NCBI RefSeq assembly: GCF_000195975.1
Contig: NC_005070.1
Coordinates: 150,001-182,000, forward strand
Direction: 5' to 3'
Source of the DNA: Parasynechococcus marenigrum WH 8102
GTDB taxonomy: Bacteria > Cyanobacteriota > Cyanobacteriia > PCC-6307 > Cyanobiaceae
Length of the DNA: 32,000 nucleotides
In this document: one piece after another, positions 27,108 to 32,000 of the stretch
Layout: each line of letters begins with the position of its first letter
Position numbering within the stretch: the first letter of the stretch is position 1
The notes under the pieces: model-generated
Databases searched by the model: none
The model's input: only the letters and a program-made list of their open reading frames with translations
Told to the model about the DNA's origin: nothing
Translations under genes and position numbers: made by a program

Positions 27108-28051
27108 CATCACCATCGATCAGTGTGATCACGGTTTGTATGAACCGTCTCGAGCATCTGCGAGCGGCTGCCTCCCGTGTGGCGCAATGGGAGCATCATT
27201 TTGAACATATTGTTGTTGATTGGTGCAGCCAGAGGCCGATTGAGCGGGATCACTTACCTTCCGATCAGCGGGTGAGGTTGGTTCGGGTTGATGGGGTTGC
27301 TGATTGGCATCCAGGCCAGGCATATAACTTCGCGGCCTCCTGTGCGCAGGGAGAGTGGTTGTTTCGTTTGGATGCTGACTGTTGGGTCCAGAATCTGGAT
27401 CCAACGTTGCTGATCCATCAGACAGAGATCCCGGCCTGGGTAGCCAATGCGTCACAAGAGGGAAGTCTGGGCGAAATTCTTGTTTTGGCTGAAAAATTTT
27501 GGGGCATTGGCGGTTACAGCGAGCTGATGAGGGGTTACGGCTTTGAAGACAAGGATTTTGTGTATCGCCTTGAAGCCGCGTACCACGCTTCCTGTGGATC
27601 TCTCGCTGCTGAACAGGTTCACTTCATCCCCCACGGACCCCAGCTGCGCGCTGTTGTGCGGGATTCGAATGCCGTTGCTCGAGCATTCAAACGTTCGAGC
27701 TCGGCCTACAACCGTTTTGTTGCGGCATCAGTGCCGTGGACTGCTCGACGCCGGCGTGCGTCCTACCGGCAGCTCGGTGCTGATCACTGGTTGTGGGAGA
27801 TGGGTACGTTGCCGGAATTGCCGGCGTCGATCGCTGAAGAGGCGCGTCGTATAAGGCGCTCAACCTTTTGGGGCTATTTCTTGATGTTGCCCGAGCAGTA
27901 TGTGATTCACACACCGCAGGTGTTGTTGCCGTCTGATCAATCGGGGCGCTTCCGTGTGCGCTGGTTTCACCGGCTGTATTGGCAGACCGTACGGCGACTG
28001 ATTGCCTTGCCCCTTGATTTCCTCGCTGTTATGCGGCGGTTGGTGGGATGA
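27104..28051 (+). CDS. GT-A fold glycosyltransferase (GT2 / galactosyltransferase-C-like), paralog 2
   Basis: ATG overlaps the upstream stop (atga at 27104-27107). ISVITVCMNR, RLDADCW, GGYSELMRGYGFEDKDFVYRL. Shares the C-terminal SG(R/Q)(F/W)RVRW(F/W)H.LYW.TVRRL motif with paralog 1. Confidence 0.7.
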   Translation: MTSPSISVITVCMNRLEHLRAAASRVAQWEHHFEHIVVDWCSQRPIERDHLPSDQRVRLVRVDGVADWHPGQAYNFAASCAQGEWLFRLDADCWVQNLDPTLLIHQTEIPAWVANASQEGSLGEILVLAEKFWGIGGYSELMRGYGFEDKDFVYRLEAAYHASCGSLAAEQVHFIPHGPQLRAVVRDSNAVARAFKRSSSAYNRFVAASVPWTARRRRASYRQLGADHWLWEMGTLPELPASIAEEARRIRRSTFWGYFLMLPEQYVIHTPQVLLPSDQSGRFRVRWFHRLYWQTVRRLIALPLDFLAVMRRLVG

Positions 28052-29151
28052 AGAGCAAGTTGTTGATCTTCTGCAAGGCCTGGTTGGGTCGATTTCTGCG
28101 CCGTTTGTTGCGCGTGCCAGCCGAATATCTCGTTCGACCTCAGCTTCGTGAAGGTTGTTTGTTGGAGGCTTATCGAGGTCTTGTTCATCAGGCCTATCTA
28201 TCGCCATCCTTTCAGCCCCAGCTCAGTGACCAGGTGTTCTGGCAAGGGCAGTGGAGACCGTGGCAAGGATTGCCACCGACAAAATCACCTGCTGCACGGG
28301 AAAGAGATAATGCTGTTCATCATTACGGCCATGATGTTGTCCTGAAGCGATATGCATCTCTCCCTCTGGTTGCTCATCCACTTCCTTTTTTGTTGGAGCA
28401 TGGGGTCAATTTCAGTGATAAGTCGACCTTTGAGACGCCAGAACATTGGGTTCGGACGTATCTCTGTATGGGGCAGCGTCGTGCATCTCTGCTGCAACAG
28501 CATGACGTGGTCCTGGGGAAGGCGATTGGTCCGTACATTCGTTATGCCCGGCCTCCCGTTGATCAGGAGCGTTTGGCCGCCCTGCGGCGTCAGTTGGGTC
28601 GGGTGTTGTTGTTGATCCCTCCCCATTCAACGGCGCAGCTCAATCGCTCCTGGTCTGATCAGGATTGGGTAGATCTGGTGGAGTCGCATCGTCGAGGTTG
28701 CGGCTATCAGCATGTGATTTGGATGGGATTCTGGAAAGATCCGTTTCCTTCATATCCAATGCCTAAAGATTGGATTTTTGCCAGCAACGGCCATGCCTCC
28801 AATCCGTGGTTCCTCGATTGCCAGCGCTTGTTGTTTGAACTGAGTGAGGCAGTTTGCTGCTTTTCGATGGGGACCCATGTGGGGTATGCGCTCGAGCTGA
28901 ATAAGCCTTTATTGATGTTTCGTCAGCTCGTGTCGCAGAAGGTGGTGGATGATGACCCACGCTGGAGTCGTCAACATAACGCTGAGGACCAGGAACGACA
29001 GCGTCTGTTGGAGTCTCTTATGCGTGGTGCTGAGGATGGTGCGCTGCATCTTGTCGACTCCAGCGATGCATGCCAACTACTGGATCCATGGTTTGGCTTC
29101 TCTGTAACGATTGAGTCTGGCGAGATGCGATCTCTTCTCAGGGGGACTTGA
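28048..29151 (+). CDS. Hypothetical protein (367 aa), possibly a divergent GT-B / capsule-synthesis-type transferase
   Basis: ATG overlaps the upstream stop (atga at 28048-28051). The only weak cue is CCFSMGTHVGYALELNKPLLMF, which resembles the S.G...ALE..KP nucleotide-sugar-domain motif of KpsS/KpsC/TagF-like enzymes. Function not supported beyond that. Confidence 0.55.
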   Translation: MKSKLLIFCKAWLGRFLRRLLRVPAEYLVRPQLREGCLLEAYRGLVHQAYLSPSFQPQLSDQVFWQGQWRPWQGLPPTKSPAARERDNAVHHYGHDVVLKRYASLPLVAHPLPFLLEHGVNFSDKSTFETPEHWVRTYLCMGQRRASLLQQHDVVLGKAIGPYIRYARPPVDQERLAALRRQLGRVLLLIPPHSTAQLNRSWSDQDWVDLVESHRRGCGYQHVIWMGFWKDPFPSYPMPKDWIFASNGHASNPWFLDCQRLLFELSEAVCCFSMGTHVGYALELNKPLLMFRQLVSQKVVDDDPRWSRQHNAEDQERQRLLESLMRGAEDGALHLVDSSDACQLLDPWFGFSVTIESGEMRSLLRGT

Positions 29152-29250
29152 GAGTTTATTCCTCTTTTTTCTTTGATTACTTGGTCAATATTTTCTTCCT
29201 TCTTTCTCTTTGGAGGGTTTTTGTCGCCTTCGCGATTCGGGTCTGTTGAT

Positions 29251-30150
<900 letters not shown>

Positions 30151-30172
30151 TTATGAGCGATAGCCTCCAGCC

Positions 30173-32000
30173 ATGAGCTTTCTGGCCGGCCTCAACGACG
30201 CCCAGCGCAGGGCGGTGGACCACCACGAAGGGCCCCTGCTGGTGGTGGCCGGTGCCGGCAGCGGCAAGACCCGCGCCCTCACCCATCGCATCGCCCATCT
30301 GATCGGTGAGCACGGTGCTGATCCCGCCCAGATCCTGGCGGTGACCTTCACCAACAAGGCCGCCCGCGAGATGAAGGAGCGGCTGGAGGTGCTGCTGGCT
30401 CAGAAGCTGGCCCAGAGCCAGTACGGCCAGCCCTGGAGCACCTTGCCGCCGGTTGATCAACGGCAGCTGCGCTCTCGGATTTACCGCGAGGTCAGCAAGG
30501 AGTTGTGGATCGGCACCTTCCACGCCCTGTTCGCGCGGATGCTCCGCTATGACATCGACAAGTTCAAGGACGCTGAGGGGCTGAGCTGGACCAAGCAGTT
30601 CTCGATCTACGACGAGGCCGATGCCCAGAGCCTGGTGAAGGAGATCGTCACCCAGGAACTGCAGCTGGATCCCAAGCGGTTCGAGCCGAAGAAGACCCGC
30701 TGGGCCATCAGCAACGCCAAGAACCAGGGCTGGCTGCCGGATCAACTGGAAGCCAATGCTGAAGGTCAGCGGGGCAAGCTAACCGCCAATGTGTACCGCC
30801 GCTACCGCAGGGCGCTGGCGGCGAACAATGCGCTGGATTTTGATGATCTGCTGTTGCTGCCGGTGCAGCTGCTTCAGCAGAACGAGCAGGTGCGTAGCTA
30901 CTGGCACCGCCGCTTTGCCCATGTGTTGGTGGATGAGTATCAAGACACCAACCGCACCCAGTACGACCTGATCAAGCTGCTGGTCACCGATGGCAAAGAC
31001 CCGCAGACCTACAACAACTGGAGTGGGCGCTCGGTGTTCGTGGTGGGAGATGCCGACCAGAGCATCTACAGCTTCCGCGCCGCCGACTTCACGATCCTGA
31101 TGGGTTTTCAGGAGGACTTCGGTGATCAGGCGCCGGACGACGCCACCCGCACGATGGTGAAGTTGGAGGAGAACTACCGCTCCACCGCCACGATCCTCGC
31201 GGCGGCCAATGCCCTGATCGCCAACAACAGCGAGCGGATCGACAAGGTGCTGCGACCCACCCGCGGCGACGGGGAGTTGATCACCCTCACCCGTTGTGAT
31301 GACGAAATTGCCGAGGCCGAGGCGGTGGTGCATCGGCTGCGGACGATGGAGGCGGCCAACCCCGAGCTGAGCTGGGGAGATATGGCCGTGCTGTATCGCA
31401 CCAATGCCCAGTCTCGCTCGATCGAGGAATCGCTGGTGCGCTGGGGTATCCCCTACATCGTTGTAGGGGGTCTGCGCTTCTACGACCGGCGGGAGATCAA
31501 GGATCTGCTGGCCTATCTGAGGCTGTTGGTGAATCCGGCGGACACCGTCAGCCTGCTGCGGGTGATCAATGTGCCCAAACGGGGCATCGGCAAGACCACG
31601 ATTCAGCGGCTCACCGATGCCGCCAATCAACTGGGGATCCCGCTCTGGGATGTGGTGAGTGATGCCGAAGCCGTGCGATCCCTGGGGGGACGGTCGGCCC
31701 GTGGTCTGCTGCAGTTCTGCGAGCTGCTCCATGACCTGCGGCGTCAGGTGCAGGAGGTGGCTCCGTCCGAGCTGATCCAGCAGGTGATGGAGAAAAGCGG
31801 CTACATCAGCGAACTGATCGCGGAAGGCACCGATGAAGCGGAGGAACGCCGCCGCAACCTGCAGGAATTGGTCAATGCCGCTCTTCAGTACCAGGAGGAG
31901 AACGAGGAGGGGGATCTCGAAGGCTTCCTGGCTACGGCAGCGTTGTCCAGCGATGCCGACAGCAAGGACACCGCAGCGGATCGGGTCACCCTGATGACTT
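30173..32000 (+). CDS. pcrA: UvrD/PcrA-family ATP-dependent DNA helicase; 3' end beyond the window
   Basis: Absent from the ORF track because there is no stop in the window. ATG at 30173 gives MSFLAGLNDAQRRAVDHHEGPLLVVAGAGSGKTRALTHRIAHLI (motif I), VTFTNKAAREM (Ia), HVLVDEYQDTN (II) and NYRST further on. Open to position 31999. Confidence 0.92.
   Translation, partial: MSFLAGLNDAQRRAVDHHEGPLLVVAGAGSGKTRALTHRIAHLIGEHGADPAQILAVTFTNKAAREMKERLEVLLAQKLAQSQYGQPWSTLPPVDQRQLRSRIYREVSKELWIGTFHALFARMLRYDIDKFKDAEGLSWTKQFSIYDEADAQSLVKEIVTQELQLDPKRFEPKKTRWAISNAKNQGWLPDQLEANAEGQRGKLTANVYRRYRRALAANNALDFDDLLLLPVQLLQQNEQVRSYWHRRFAHVLVDEYQDTNRTQYDLIKLLVTDGKDPQTYNNWSGRSVFVVGDADQSIYSFRAADFTILMGFQEDFGDQAPDDATRTMVKLEENYRSTATILAAANALIANNSERIDKVLRPTRGDGELITLTRCDDEIAEAEAVVHRLRTMEAANPELSWGDMAVLYRTNAQSRSIEESLVRWGIPYIVVGGLRFYDRREIKDLLAYLRLLVNPADTVSLLRVINVPKRGIGKTTIQRLTDAANQLGIPLWDVVSDAEAVRSLGGRSARGLLQFCELLHDLRRQVQEVAPSELIQQVMEKSGYISELIAEGTDEAEERRRNLQELVNAALQYQEENEEGDLEGFLATAALSSDADSKDTAADRVTLMT

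Larger units (their letters stand above)
19934..29250. other. Compositionally atypical glycan-biosynthesis island between a core GT gene and kdsA
   Basis: G+C in hand-counted lines is 16/60 (20341-20400), 31/60 (21181-21240), 27/60 (28381-28440) and 36/60 (25021-25080), so it is heterogeneous and mostly below the backbone. Codon third positions are T-rich (many ttg, gtt, cgt, gat). All seven genes are on the + strand and tightly coupled. Confidence 0.75.

Overview
This window looks like a compact, high-GC (about 60-67% in hand-counted lines) marine Synechococcus-like chromosomal segment. That assignment is an inference from gene content and composition. I support 28 protein-coding genes and found no rRNA, tRNA, CRISPR array, transposase or integrase. 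The core backbone is glgP (3'-truncated), a CPA2 cation/H+ antiporter, a small membrane protein, an alpha/beta hydrolase and an aldose-1-epimerase-family protein. It continues with glycolate oxidase subunits glcE and glcF flanking an opposite-strand DUF1537 sugar-acid kinase, then icd. Next come a GT2 polyprenyl-phosphate glycosyltransferase convergent with a GtrA-YdjC fusion that is coupled to mtnN, a conserved hypothetical, heme oxygenase ho1, a GT4-like protein, kdsA and pcrA/uvrD (3'-truncated). Two compositionally foreign insertions stand out. (1) A ~1.2 kb islet at 9905-11123 is about 35-38% GC. It carries an orphan 237-aa protein and a dense array of GTCCC/GGGAC motifs, and it sits just upstream of a signal-peptide-less PhoX/DUF839-like 684-aa protein. 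(2) A ~9.3 kb island at 19934-29250 lies between a core GT gene and kdsA. It encodes a seven-gene, translationally coupled operon: a fused TMD-NBD ABC exporter, a GT4, two paralogous GT-A proteins sharing a W/R-rich C-terminal motif, a domain-less helical protein, a tandem double-GT4 fusion and an unassignable 367-aa protein. This operon is my best candidate for an undescribed cell-surface glycan assembly and export system. Many long ORFs in the supplied track are antisense shadows of real genes, as expected in high-GC DNA, and were rejected.
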